From the IMG/VR virus record IMGVR_UViG_3300024259_000010, positions 171,834 through 235,833 of that record: DNA of 64,000 nt; one strand, written 5' to 3'. The position numbers were made by a program, and so were the translations under genes. Under the pieces are notes generated by a model. That model saw nothing but the letters and a program-made list of their open reading frames with translations. It had not been told where the DNA came from and made no database searches. Shown here piece by piece: positions 19,632-29,204 of this stretch. Numbering within the stretch: position 1 is the stretch's first letter; every line of letters starts with the position of its first letter.

Positions 19632-19647
19632 ATTAGAAGGAATAATT

Positions 19648-20265
19648 ATGATGATATCAAAGGTAGGGATAACTCCCTACATGGATAAGAAGTCGCTAGA
19701 TAGAGTAATACAAACTGCACACGTAGAGGATGATAATGAAGTTGCATTCTTACCTGGGTTTTTGTATCCTCATGCTGGTAGGAATCACACAGACTTATTA
19801 TCAACTGGTATTATGGACAAGAAGAATCCTATGACATTATTAGGAGTATATGGATATGACCGTTATGGTAAAGATGTTCTCCTGAGTAAACTCAGGATTG
19901 GACGTTGGAGAAGAACTCCATATATTGTTAAGTATGTATTACTGGATTCTGCTACACAAAAGAAAACTGCTGTACTGTGGTCTAAGACTACAGGTTCAAT
20001 AGCATTATGTATTAATGATACAATACGAACTACTATGAACACTATTAATGCAGTGCTCGGTTGTGGGCAACCAGTTGACCAAGTTGTTGGTGTCCTTAAA
20101 GCAATCGTCCCAGGTAACTGGGAGATAAAACAATACAATGAATGTAATGTTATGGATATGATGGTTTCTAATGACAATGTATTTAAATGTGAAGACAATT
20201 TAATCGTTGGGAATAACATTCAATTACTGAACCATATATCGAAAATAGTACATAAATGTAAATAA
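19648..20265 (+). CDS. Hypothetical protein
   Basis: AAGGAA RBS; last gene before a bidirectional terminator. Confidence 0.65.
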   Translation: MMISKVGITPYMDKKSLDRVIQTAHVEDDNEVAFLPGFLYPHAGRNHTDLLSTGIMDKKNPMTLLGVYGYDRYGKDVLLSKLRIGRWRRTPYIVKYVLLDSATQKKTAVLWSKTTGSIALCINDTIRTTMNTINAVLGCGQPVDQVVGVLKAIVPGNWEIKQYNECNVMDMMVSNDNVFKCEDNLIVGNNIQLLNHISKIVHKCK

Positions 20266-20266
20266 T

Positions 20267-20302
20267 AAAAAGAGTATAGGTCTTGCGACCTATACTCTTT
20301 TT
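20267..20302. terminator. Bidirectional intrinsic terminator
   Basis: AAAAAGAGTATAGGTC-TTGC-GACCTATACTCTTTTT between convergent genes (GCAA loop on the minus strand). Confidence 0.9.
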
Positions 20303-20367
20303 ACATTTATTTTATAATTTGACACCACTATCTTATGTAGTAGTATTGTGATAGAAATATCATGATC

Positions 20368-21483
20368 CTATAGACAAAGGGTTTTTAACCGATTTATCTT
20401 ATTTATCAGTAGGTATACTTCCTTAGTCATGTGGGGACTTCTCATATGAAGCTTCCAGTTTTTCCTTGTAAGTATATCTAGATCAATAATGATTTTTTTA
20501 ATGTATTGTGTTTCTTGTTGTTTATCAAAAGTAATGATAAGCATTTGAACTATGATGTTTAATATCTTAGACATCTTTAAGAGATCAACACCTACATAAC
20601 GATTATTCTGTTGAGTACTATGATTGATATTCAAGATATCCATTAGTTCATATATAGACTTACCATTATAGAACTTGGTATTCATTATATCACCAACACG
20701 AATATTACCATTTTTTAATCTATCGAATAGTTCTTTTGTTTCTGTAGTAGAGTTGTTTAACTCTGACATATTCATCATACTGTCATATTTACTATAATCA
20801 GTATCATTGCCAGAAATAACATCTAATAGATAATTAGAAATCCACACATCCAATGCATCATCGTACAAATATGATAAAACATGTTTTAAAATGAAATCAT
20901 CTATAATCTTATTATCTATAGGAATATTATGTTCTCTTAGATAGACTAAGTATTTCATTAGTAGTGCAGATGAGTCAATACATATAAGACTATACTTAGG
21001 TTTGTCTTTCTTGTATACTATTTGTGAACTGTATCCTTGTGGCATGATATTCAATTCTCTGGAATCATTTACTACCAATCTAATTGGTTGCACATGTTTC
21101 CATTTATTCCAATCATCCAGAATATTTACTTCAGTTCCAATTATACCACTAGTTGGTACTACGTATTCAATTTTACTATTGGCAATAAAGGTATCAGATA
21201 AATGCTTTACTCCTGATTCAGTGGAATCAAATTTCCTACTAATCATAGCTGAAGCATTGCTTATATCTTGTGTGTATACTTTAAAGATATCATCGGTTAG
21301 ATATCGTGGCTCACTCATATATTGTAAGAGATATTTAATAAAGACTAATGACGGAGAGGTTTGTACCTGACTCATAACCATCTGTCGTTTATTCGAATCG
21401 ACTCGGCGTTTTGCTGTATCGATAAATTTGTTATATCTTATGATATGACGAGGGGTGCCGTTCATGTTTTGTAATAGAAACAT
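20368..21483 (-). CDS. Conserved Chimalliviridae core protein (phiKZ gp52-like), divergent from chmA
   Basis: W.H..PIRLV.ND and ICIDSSALLMKY segments; head-to-head position next to the chimallin candidate. Confidence 0.5.
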   Translation of the reverse strand: MFLLQNMNGTPRHIIRYNKFIDTAKRRVDSNKRQMVMSQVQTSPSLVFIKYLLQYMSEPRYLTDDIFKVYTQDISNASAMISRKFDSTESGVKHLSDTFIANSKIEYVVPTSGIIGTEVNILDDWNKWKHVQPIRLVVNDSRELNIMPQGYSSQIVYKKDKPKYSLICIDSSALLMKYLVYLREHNIPIDNKIIDDFILKHVLSYLYDDALDVWISNYLLDVISGNDTDYSKYDSMMNMSELNNSTTETKELFDRLKNGNIRVGDIMNTKFYNGKSIYELMDILNINHSTQQNNRYVGVDLLKMSKILNIIVQMLIITFDKQQETQYIKKIIIDLDILTRKNWKLHMRSPHMTKEVYLLINKINRLKTLCL

Positions 21484-21728
21484 ATTCGCATCCTTTTGTT
21501 AAAAAATTATTTACATCATAGAATGATGTTAAAGTAAAGATTAAATATATGCAATAAGTAAATGATCGAAATGAATCATTAGATATTCAAACATATATTA
21601 TATTTTTGTAAGGATCTGATAAACTCTAGAATTATATAAATTGATCTCGGGTACCAATCTATATAAATGTGATTAGCAAGATTCTATTTGTTGCAACAAA
21701 TAAAAGTTAAAGAAGGAGAATAAGTAAT

Positions 21729-23315
21729 ATGACAATGAACATTGACGTTGATAAAGGTGACGAATCGTTCGCACCTGACGCAGAACAGAATCAAACTGGA
21801 GCTGGTACACAACAGGCTGCTCCGAAACAAACTCAAGGATTTGACGGTGCCCCAAGCATCTCTGATATGCTTGCTAAAATTGGTCGCCCATCAGAACTAG
21901 GTACTGAAGGCGTTAAGTACATTGAAACTCTGGCTGACATGCTGAAGAAGAACTTCGGTGAAGGTGTTGCTGTAGCTCATGTACCAAGCCGTATCTTGGA
22001 AGTATATCGTGTATCTACTAAGGATCATACGATCCTCCTTACATTCAGCGAAAGCTACAATGTACCTGTGGACACACTATGCCCTCCAACTGAACAGATC
22101 ATCGAAGCTGCTCAATACATCCGTGATTCCATTGGTGGAGTAATTCTTAATAACATCGTTGTGACCCCTGCGGATTACAAAGAAGTTGGTAAGATGTTCA
22201 CCCATATCACATCTGTATTGAAACTCTCTGGTGGTGAGCTTGGTCAGATTAACATTAACAGCTTCTCCAAAGGCCGTTTCTCAATCAGTACTAACATCAA
22301 TGATGTTCGTGAGAATATCAAGAAGTTCAATCCTAAGGCTCTCATGCCTCGTACGGATATTGGACTTGTGTTGTATCTGACTGAAGAAGTCGGTGCACCT
22401 CAGGGTTACGGTGGACAACCAGTTAAGCGTTCTACGCCTATCTTGGTAATCGGTGGTTATACATCGTTTGTCTCTACTGCTGGTACATCCAACTCATATG
22501 CTATTGGAAACAATGCACCTGGGTACTTGGCTGTTGTGAAAATGACTTCCATTGCTTCTCCTCTGATGAGCACTGAAATGATTTCACTGGCGATCCCATT
22601 AGCTACGGAAGAATTCATCCGTCGCAACGGATGGCTCAAACCTTATACTAAGTTCGGAAAGAAAGATCCGAATCTTGGTTCACTCATCCCTGATGAAAAG
22701 GGCAAGCCGTTTTTCATTGACAATATGACTACCCTGATGGACTTCGCTACGAAGAACATCGCGAAGCCATATCTTGCCATTGATGTAACTGACGGTTATG
22801 CACGAATCCCTGGGATTGAAGGATTGCGCTACGGAACAGATGCAGTACAGAAAGGTATTGCTAACTTCCTTGGAGTACCTGAAAGCCAGACTTCTGGTGA
22901 ACTCGTATACCAACGCTTCTGCGAATACATTGGTGAAATCACTGAGACTGGAACCGATACACGTGAAGTTGATTACATCAACCTGATCGCTGCTGGTGCT
23001 TCAGATCTCAACATGCTTCTTCGTTATCTGTACATCCCATCTGAGCCGCATAAGCGTGCTGAGTTGATTGCACGGAACTACGATATCAAAGCATTGTACA
23101 CTAATGCTACAATCGTTCTTAACGCTGACTATGTTGATAACCTGTCAACTGCAGTTGCTGCTAAGTTCCGCCCATTGTGGGAACAGAACGTTGTAGAAAA
23201 TAACATTGGAGTTCTTGGTACTGGAAACGGTAACAACTTCTCCTCCGGACCTGCGTTCGGAATTGGACCTGTTAGCGGTGGTTGGAATGGATTCACAATG
23301 AATCCGTTTGGTTAA
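21729..23315 (+). CDS. chmA: Chimallin (phage nuclear shell protein), divergent
   Basis: Q/A/T-rich N-tail. Ordered motifs PRTDIGLV, PGYLAVVKMTSI, STEMISLA, GWLKPY, PNLGSL, PYLAIDV, DTREVDYINLIAA and LNADYVDNL align by eye with 201phi2-1 chimallin (PIRADIV, APWVASVVITDV, TPEMYWFA, AWARPF, DIGAL, PVFQIDL, DRRDLDNLAALNA, YNAKFIEAL). G/N-rich tail ending in an aromatic residue; strong RBS and terminator. Confidence 0.72.
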   Translation: MTMNIDVDKGDESFAPDAEQNQTGAGTQQAAPKQTQGFDGAPSISDMLAKIGRPSELGTEGVKYIETLADMLKKNFGEGVAVAHVPSRILEVYRVSTKDHTILLTFSESYNVPVDTLCPPTEQIIEAAQYIRDSIGGVILNNIVVTPADYKEVGKMFTHITSVLKLSGGELGQININSFSKGRFSISTNINDVRENIKKFNPKALMPRTDIGLVLYLTEEVGAPQGYGGQPVKRSTPILVIGGYTSFVSTAGTSNSYAIGNNAPGYLAVVKMTSIASPLMSTEMISLAIPLATEEFIRRNGWLKPYTKFGKKDPNLGSLIPDEKGKPFFIDNMTTLMDFATKNIAKPYLAIDVTDGYARIPGIEGLRYGTDAVQKGIANFLGVPESQTSGELVYQRFCEYIGEITETGTDTREVDYINLIAAGASDLNMLLRYLYIPSEPHKRAELIARNYDIKALYTNATIVLNADYVDNLSTAVAAKFRPLWEQNVVENNIGVLGTGNGNNFSSGPAFGIGPVSGGWNGFTMNPFG

Positions 23316-23350
23316 GCCGAACAGTTCTTCATCGATAAGATGATAAATTA

Positions 23351-23389
23351 AATAAGAGAGTACACGCAAGTGTACTCTCTTATTTTTTT
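23351..23389 (+). terminator. Strong intrinsic terminator after chmA
   Basis: AATAAGAGAGTACAC-GCAA-GTGTACTCTCTTATT plus T-tract. Confidence 0.92.
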
Positions 23390-23418
23390 CTTTAATGTAG
23401 ATCAATCCTTTATGGATA

Positions 23419-23426
23419 TATATTAC
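23419..23426 (+). promoter_or_regulatory. Early promoter TATATTAC
   Basis: Exact motif followed by the GTTAAACCAATTTAA leader and AAAGGA. Confidence 0.75.
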
Positions 23427-23467
23427 TATAATAGTTAAACCAATTTAATATAATAAAGGATAAAAAA

Positions 23468-23722
23468 ATGATCACATTAACTACAGATAAAAGATTGTCA
23501 CGTAAAGAACGTATCAAGATTGAAGCTGAAAAACAGTTAACCAACAATGGTGTTGAGTCTACTGATGAATTCATCACGTACCTTGAAGGTGATATGGATT
23601 TAGAATCCCGTCTTCGTGTAGGTGAGGAGTTGACTAATGCTGTAAAAGAACAGCAGGGTCTAATTGCTACAGTTGCAATGGAAACAGTACAGAATATGTG
23701 TGCTACAGTTAGAAACATTTAG
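23468..23722 (+). CDS. Small early hypothetical protein
   Basis: Behind an early promoter and AAAGGA RBS. Confidence 0.7.
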   Translation: MITLTTDKRLSRKERIKIEAEKQLTNNGVESTDEFITYLEGDMDLESRLRVGEELTNAVKEQQGLIATVAMETVQNMCATVRNI

Positions 23723-23737
23723 TAGGAGGATTACCCC

Positions 23738-23995
23738 ATGTTTAAAGGACATTTTGTTGAGACTAAAGAGAAGAAGCAAGAGTTGGGCACACTTATACCT
23801 AACTTCGATACTACGGTATCTACGAACGTTCCGCCATCATTGGCGAACTGTGCAGAGTTGATTCCAGACTTCATTGTTCCGGAACTTCCAGAAGGAATGA
23901 AAGACTGTGCTGAAAACATTCCAGATATATTCGATACTGATATCGATTGTATTGTAGCAGGTATTAATGAAGCAATTGAAGAAGCAAGCAAATAG
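23738..23995 (+). CDS. Small acidic hypothetical protein with internal CAExIPD repeat
   Basis: AGGAGG RBS; CAELIPDF / CAENIPDI. Confidence 0.65.
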   Translation: MFKGHFVETKEKKQELGTLIPNFDTTVSTNVPPSLANCAELIPDFIVPELPEGMKDCAENIPDIFDTDIDCIVAGINEAIEEASK

Positions 23996-24005
23996 GAGAT
24001 TTAGG

Positions 24006-24317
24006 ATGAAGACCAAGATAGAAGCTAGAGTAGCAGTTGGTAAGACCGAGATCGTTGAATTTGATATCGGTATTTGTGTGTGTCCAAGTTTTAGTAAGAA
24101 ACCATTTTTAGTGGGACTGAAACCACTGTGGAATTTCCCAATGATCGAGTCAAACGATTCTGGTGAATTTCACATCTGTGGTGCGAACTGTGGAACGAAT
24201 AATAAAGAAGGTGTCCATGAGATGATCATGGATGGTGGGACATTTGATGATGAAGGATATTCATCTATTCGTTTGGCCACTGAAGAAGAAATTGAAAAAT
24301 ATAGAACAGAGGATTAA
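24006..24317 (+). CDS. Small hypothetical protein
   Basis: Start moved to ATG 24006 behind AGGAG. Confidence 0.65.
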   Translation: MKTKIEARVAVGKTEIVEFDIGICVCPSFSKKPFLVGLKPLWNFPMIESNDSGEFHICGANCGTNNKEGVHEMIMDGGTFDDEGYSSIRLATEEEIEKYRTED

Positions 24318-24320
24318 ATC

Positions 24321-24485
24321 ATGCCACATGTAAGCAAATTGAGAAAACCAAAAAAGGATCGTACGATCCCAATCTGTTTAGTAGTATTCGTATTTGGAAT
24401 TAGTGTACTTTGTTACATTAGTTCCAACTGTGATTGTAAAGCTTGTACTACACCTGATTCAACTCAGGCTTGTAAGTATCGGTAA
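24321..24485 (+). CDS. 54-aa Cys-rich membrane-anchored protein (absent from the ORF track)
   Basis: GAGGA RBS; MPHVSKLRKPKKDRTIPICLVVFVFGISVLCYISSNCDCKACTTPDSTQACKYR*, followed by a terminator. Confidence 0.6.
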   Translation: MPHVSKLRKPKKDRTIPICLVVFVFGISVLCYISSNCDCKACTTPDSTQACKYR

Positions 24486-24489
24486 AGTA

Positions 24490-24515
24490 AAAAGAACCTT
24501 CGGGTTCTTTTTTTT
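24490..24515 (+). terminator. Intrinsic terminator (UUCG loop)
   Basis: AAAAGAACC-TTCG-GGTTCTTTTTTTT; the same element recurs near 42078. Confidence 0.9.
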
Positions 24516-24532
24516 CATTATACTTATAAACA

Positions 24533-24540
24533 TATATTAC
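24533..24540 (+). promoter_or_regulatory. Early promoter TATATTAC
   Basis: Exact motif directly after the terminator. Confidence 0.7.
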
Positions 24541-24625
24541 TTATAAGAGAGCATTAACACATTAAATTTTAATACAAATAAGACATGATATACACTAATA
24601 ATCATAATATTAAGGAGTAGAATAT

Positions 24626-25273
24626 ATGATAGTAAGACCACTTACATCAGTCACTTCATTACCAGATACATCTATGCTACTAGGAACAAGTGGTAGAGGT
24701 AATGTAGAAATACTGAATAAGATTAATAGCAGATGGGCTAACTCTGGAGTTATCTTCGGATCTTCTAATGATCCATTCGCTGATAGATTCCACGACTTTA
24801 AACGTGCCTTTGTAAATGTTGCACGAGACACTGCTGATCTTCTTAACAAAACTGCTTCATTCATTATGGATAGAAATGAGATTATACCAATCAGAACGGC
24901 TGATGATCTTATGTTTGTTCCATCTTGTATGCAGATACCAATTCTATCTTACCCACCTGTACGTGAATTATTCGATAATGATCTATTGCATGGTTGGGGT
25001 GTCGATAAGAAGATGTTACCAGAAGAAGATGAATATGGTCGTATGATAAACAATGGTTTCATTGGATCAGATCCTATCACTGGCGTGGTACCTGAAACAT
25101 ATGATTGGCATTGGAAATGTACCGACCCAGACTATTCTATAGATGAGCTAATGGAAATGGCAGAGTCTAGAGAATTCGTAGATACGTTTATATTAGCACA
25201 AACATCAGCCGATGGTGAACTACAAGATCCAACTGGAATGTTAGATGGTTTACTAATTGGACAATTGAGATAA
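24626..25273 (+). CDS. Conserved Chimalliviridae core protein (phiKZ gp62-like)
   Basis: IRTADDLMFVPSCMQIPILSYPPVRELFDNDLLHGWG...EDEYGRMINNG, recalled from the core block between chmA and the SbcD-like gene. Confidence 0.55.
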   Translation: MIVRPLTSVTSLPDTSMLLGTSGRGNVEILNKINSRWANSGVIFGSSNDPFADRFHDFKRAFVNVARDTADLLNKTASFIMDRNEIIPIRTADDLMFVPSCMQIPILSYPPVRELFDNDLLHGWGVDKKMLPEEDEYGRMINNGFIGSDPITGVVPETYDWHWKCTDPDYSIDELMEMAESREFVDTFILAQTSADGELQDPTGMLDGLLIGQLR

Positions 25274-25365
25274 TTATCTTAAATTAATAGCAGGGTAATA
25301 TAATTCATTTTATATTACCTTGTTATTTTTTTTATAAAATATAGAATATTATTCTATGAACCATT

Positions 25366-25770
25366 TTGGAGAAATTAAAGATGACCGATAGACCTATAAT
25401 CCCAACATTAGATGACGCGCATAATGATGTGTTAGCCGATGATATATCGGTAGTAGCTTACTTAGTAGCATTTTCTTTAATCAATCCTGGATTTACATCT
25501 GAACATCATGAGCACAAAATGGTATCATTCAGTTCTATATTAGCACAGTATCCTGAAAGCTTGGAAGATGTTATTGAAGTGTATGAAAAAGAAATGGATA
25601 CACTTATTACACAGAATACTACTGATGATAAATATACACTCTCATCTACATTAGTTGAGAATGAAAAAGATCCAACTGATGTAACAATTCAAATAAGAGT
25701 ATTTAATAGTTTAGGTATTAATATATTTGAGCAAAGTAAGATTCTTAAAGTTTTAAATAAGGATACGTAA
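25366..25770 (+). CDS. Conserved hypothetical protein (core block)
   Basis: Synteny upstream of the SbcD-like gene; the true start may be ATG 25381. Confidence 0.55.
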   Translation: MEKLKMTDRPIIPTLDDAHNDVLADDISVVAYLVAFSLINPGFTSEHHEHKMVSFSSILAQYPESLEDVIEVYEKEMDTLITQNTTDDKYTLSSTLVENEKDPTDVTIQIRVFNSLGINIFEQSKILKVLNKDT

Positions 25771-26291
25771 TGAATAATGAAGAAATTGAAAATATAAAAG
25801 ACTTGGCTCATGCACTTGAGGCATCTATTGAAAAAAAGAATACATTAACTACTTTAGAATTTAAAGAATTTCATCCTTTGTTCAAAAATGATACTGATCA
25901 TAACACAGATGAATATAAAGCTCTTTGTTCTAAATGGGGATTCAGAATCTCATTGTATCATCCAGTCAATGTTGTAGTTCCTGGATCTAATGAAGTTGTT
26001 AAAACTCTACCAGCAATGTTTAATAAAGTAGAACTTATTAATAACGTTGGAAATGAAGGTGTAGTTATTAATAAGCTAACTCATGCGATGGCTACTAATC
26101 ATCCATTACGTACTGATGTGGAAGAATCTGTTGATCTATTTAAATTGTCTGTAAAGGCATCCCAAGATAGAGATGCATTAAATGAATCTGCCGCAGCATT
26201 CTCAGATCTTGCTAAAGAGTTTGAGATACCTGATCCAGACCAACAAGATGAAGGTACCAAGAAGATGGTTGAGGATCTTGAGTGGGAATAA
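25770..26291 (+). CDS. Conserved hypothetical protein (core block)
   Basis: TAATG coupling; EFHPLF...KW...PVNVV...LP motif arrangement; acidic C-terminus. Confidence 0.55.
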   Translation: MNNEEIENIKDLAHALEASIEKKNTLTTLEFKEFHPLFKNDTDHNTDEYKALCSKWGFRISLYHPVNVVVPGSNEVVKTLPAMFNKVELINNVGNEGVVINKLTHAMATNHPLRTDVEESVDLFKLSVKASQDRDALNESAAAFSDLAKEFEIPDPDQQDEGTKKMVEDLEWE

Positions 26292-27400
26292 ATATAATCT
26301 CAATAAGTGATGTACATATTGGACTAAGTACATTACCACCAACATATATACCGGATAATTTACGAAAGTATTTATACCCGCATTTAAATGATGAATTAGA
26401 TATTCTATTTATTGTTGGTGATTTTTGGGAAACAATTTTAGACTTCAACGGTCTAGCTGGTTATGAAGCTAGTTGTGTCATTAGTGAGATAATCGAATTA
26501 TCCATTAGACATAATTTTATCATAAGAATATTACAAGGAACATATACTCATGATAGGAGACAGAATCAATTCTTCAAAACGAATAAGAAACTATTAGAAA
26601 CAGATTCTGATAGAGTAAAGGTTTTTGAAAAGATTGATATTGAAGTTATAGATAAGTATGGTATCTCAGTATTATACATACCTGATGATTTACCTACCAA
26701 GAATGTAATGGAAAACATTTTAGAAATTAAGAATACTAATAATATTGGAAAGTTTGATTTTATTCTTAATCATGGATACTTTAAGCATATATTACCTTTA
26801 GGCATACCACATGAACCTCCAAATACTTTGGACGCAGATGTTGTATCTGGTATGGTGAAGGCAACTGTACTGAATGGACATGTGCATACATCCTGTGTAT
26901 ATAAAAAGGTAATAAACAATGGTAGTTTTGACCGGCTACGACACAACGAGGAAGAATCCAAAGGTTTCTTTAAGTTGCATTATATCCCGGAATCAGAAAA
27001 ACTAACCTATGAGTTTATTGAAAATAAAGATGCTGTCATATTTAAAACAATTGGCTTAGCAAAATACAACGATGATATAGACACAGCGATCAATGTGGTT
27101 CGTGATAAAGTTGCTACTATATGTGATAATACGGATAGGAAAGTATTTATCCGTTTAGTTTCTGATTCTGACATAATACGTCAAGGTGTTACTAGGTATT
27201 TAGTAACACGTTTTAACAACGTTGTTGTTAGTTCAAAAAAACATACAAAGAAGAAGAACACCTATGAAGATGAAACAATATATGAAGTGGGTGAACTACC
27301 AAAAATAACTGAAGAGAATATATGTGACATGGTAGTAGCATTTACTAAAGATGAAAAAGTACCTTTATCTAAAGAATATGTTGAAAGTAAATTAAGATGA
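26282..27400 (+). CDS. SbcD/Mre11-like metallophosphoesterase nuclease (phiKZ gp65-like)
   Basis: Calcineurin-like motifs SDVHIG, VGDFW, QGTYTHD, NHGYF and NGHVH. Confidence 0.85.
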   Translation: MGINIISISDVHIGLSTLPPTYIPDNLRKYLYPHLNDELDILFIVGDFWETILDFNGLAGYEASCVISEIIELSIRHNFIIRILQGTYTHDRRQNQFFKTNKKLLETDSDRVKVFEKIDIEVIDKYGISVLYIPDDLPTKNVMENILEIKNTNNIGKFDFILNHGYFKHILPLGIPHEPPNTLDADVVSGMVKATVLNGHVHTSCVYKKVINNGSFDRLRHNEEESKGFFKLHYIPESEKLTYEFIENKDAVIFKTIGLAKYNDDIDTAINVVRDKVATICDNTDRKVFIRLVSDSDIIRQGVTRYLVTRFNNVVVSSKKHTKKKNTYEDETIYEVGELPKITEENICDMVVAFTKDEKVPLSKEYVESKLR

Positions 27401-28260
27401 ACGATATAACGTACGAACGAATGCCAACAGAAAACGCTAACAGTGTATATAGTGTAGGCACCGCCGTTGCGATAAATTCATTTGAACAAAGATACAGTGA
27501 GTATAAATATAATGTTATAGCTATTAATGTAGGAACTCTATTGCGTAATCATGCAACAAAAGATACCTCATTACACGATGTTATAACTATGTTTAATACA
27601 GAAATCTCTGTTATGTTAAATGAAGTTACTTCAATAATGAATAGCAATGGTGCATCGCCGAACTCTTATATACTACTATATGGAATTAATTATAACAGAT
27701 GTTTAAATGAAATACTAGTGAGACCCGAGACTCCAAGTAGGAAACTTATAAACGATGCTACTAATTACATCATTGATCGAAGCAAGGAACTATTTGGTCC
27801 TAAAGGTGAAGGCACCTTTAATGGGATTAAAGTTAAATTCGAATCAATGCAAACAGGTGAGCCGTCTATATATAAAAGACTGTATAACCTAATGTCAAAA
27901 CAAGGAATGCTTCTTAAAGTAATAATGATATCACATTATCCTATCGACTACCATGTTGCTAGATATGTTGATAAGTTTGTATTACTGGAAACACATACTG
28001 GTAAATGGAAATTAATTGATGAACTTAGCGAAAAGATATTCGGTAAGAAATTCATGGAACTCCCATTTATACCATCTACACATTTGTGTTTCGGTGACAA
28101 ACCATTAATAAGTATGAACATTACTTCCAAACAAAAAGATGATCTTTTAGGGACATCTCGAAAACAGGGTTGGAAATTAAAGTCGGCTAATTATATTAAA
28201 GATGAGATCAAACGTAAATATAATTTCCCATCGACTTTATTCCGACAGCTCGGAGATTGA
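27397..28260 (+). CDS. Conserved core protein (phiKZ gp66-like, putative nuclease fold)
   Basis: SVGT..A, INVGTLLRN, SHYPID, LLETHTG and LPF....LCFGD motifs; follows the SbcD-like gene with an ATGA overlap. Confidence 0.6.
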   Translation: MNDITYERMPTENANSVYSVGTAVAINSFEQRYSEYKYNVIAINVGTLLRNHATKDTSLHDVITMFNTEISVMLNEVTSIMNSNGASPNSYILLYGINYNRCLNEILVRPETPSRKLINDATNYIIDRSKELFGPKGEGTFNGIKVKFESMQTGEPSIYKRLYNLMSKQGMLLKVIMISHYPIDYHVARYVDKFVLLETHTGKWKLIDELSEKIFGKKFMELPFIPSTHLCFGDKPLISMNITSKQKDDLLGTSRKQGWKLKSANYIKDEIKRKYNFPSTLFRQLGD

Positions 28261-28607
28261 GGATGAAGAAACAAACATTCAAATGGAAATTGCCAAGATT
28301 TGGCAAGGCTAAAGAAACGAAGAAAGAACCACCTGTAAGAAGAATTATTTGTGCAGCCATAAAACTTAAATCTGGTAAGGTATTATGCGCACCTACATAT
28401 ACATGTAAAATAATGCAGAGTTCAATCTTTGACAACTGTAAGAACGGACAGAAACCGGCGTCAATAGTCCAACAGTATGGATTCATTGACCAACATGGTA
28501 AGTTCTATTCAAAGCGGGCAGCCGCAGACTTATGTAGAAAGAATGGTCTGGTGAAATTACCAGCAGATCAAATTAAATTAACATCGCATTATTTATATAA
28601 AGTGTAA
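28257..28607 (+). CDS. Widespread uncharacterised phage protein
   Basis: IICAAIK ... QYGFIDQHGKFYSKRAA ... LTS pattern. Confidence 0.6.
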   Translation: MRMKKQTFKWKLPRFGKAKETKKEPPVRRIICAAIKLKSGKVLCAPTYTCKIMQSSIFDNCKNGQKPASIVQQYGFIDQHGKFYSKRAAADLCRKNGLVKLPADQIKLTSHYLYKV

Positions 28608-28623
28608 AGAAAGAAAATGTATT

Positions 28624-29187
28624 ATGAGTGAAATGCTACAACAACTACAAAAAGAACTGAACATTCCTAGCTTTAGTTTTAAAGCAAAAGAAACTGGTGA
28701 ACAACTTGCAATGTCTGTATTTAACGGACGTGTACGTTTCTCAGTGTTCCCACCTAAAGGATCAAATGCCCGTGGTCTTATCTTCAATCAAGCTCTACAG
28801 CCTTCTGGGTTGATCTTGCTTAAAGAGATGTTAGCTGGTTATGATACCATGACTCCTGATTCCCGAAAGAACATCATGTTCATGGATTGGGATCAAGATG
28901 CAAAACAAGCTAAACCAAAAGCTTCACTTATCTTCGGACAAGATGAAAAGCAGAACTTTTACTTTGAGCTGCAGTTTAAGCACAATGATAATAATAAGGT
29001 TATTCGATTTGGCATCATGGCTGGTGTTATCGCACAACCTTCTTCTGAGTTCTCGTTTGCTGATAAATCAAAACTACAAGTTCGCACAATGATTGATTGG
29101 ATTGAGACAATTGTCCCAGTTGCAATCTGCCTAACAGGTAGTAAGTTCAAACCTGGTGGCGGTGGCAATAACGGCCAACGATACTAA
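28624..29187 (+). CDS. chmC: Candidate ChmC (nucleus-associated RNA-binding protein; phiKZ gp67-like)
   Basis: Immediately upstream of the gp68-like subunit as in characterised chimalliviruses. Alternating beta/alpha pattern (SVFNGRVRFSV, LIFGQDEKQNFYF) and flexible GGGGNNGQRY tail. Confidence 0.55.
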   Translation: MSEMLQQLQKELNIPSFSFKAKETGEQLAMSVFNGRVRFSVFPPKGSNARGLIFNQALQPSGLILLKEMLAGYDTMTPDSRKNIMFMDWDQDAKQAKPKASLIFGQDEKQNFYFELQFKHNDNNKVIRFGIMAGVIAQPSSEFSFADKSKLQVRTMIDWIETIVPVAICLTGSKFKPGGGGNNGQRY

Positions 29188-29204
29188 GTTATAATTAGTT
29201 GAAT

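Noticed and set aside
21729-23315. Major capsid protein as an alternative identity for the 528-aa ORF
   Set aside because: It lacks the phiKZ capsid ALE / Y..N....RQD.F.E..FPT pattern, is too short, and sits in the gp52/gp62 core context with an early-type promoter variant.
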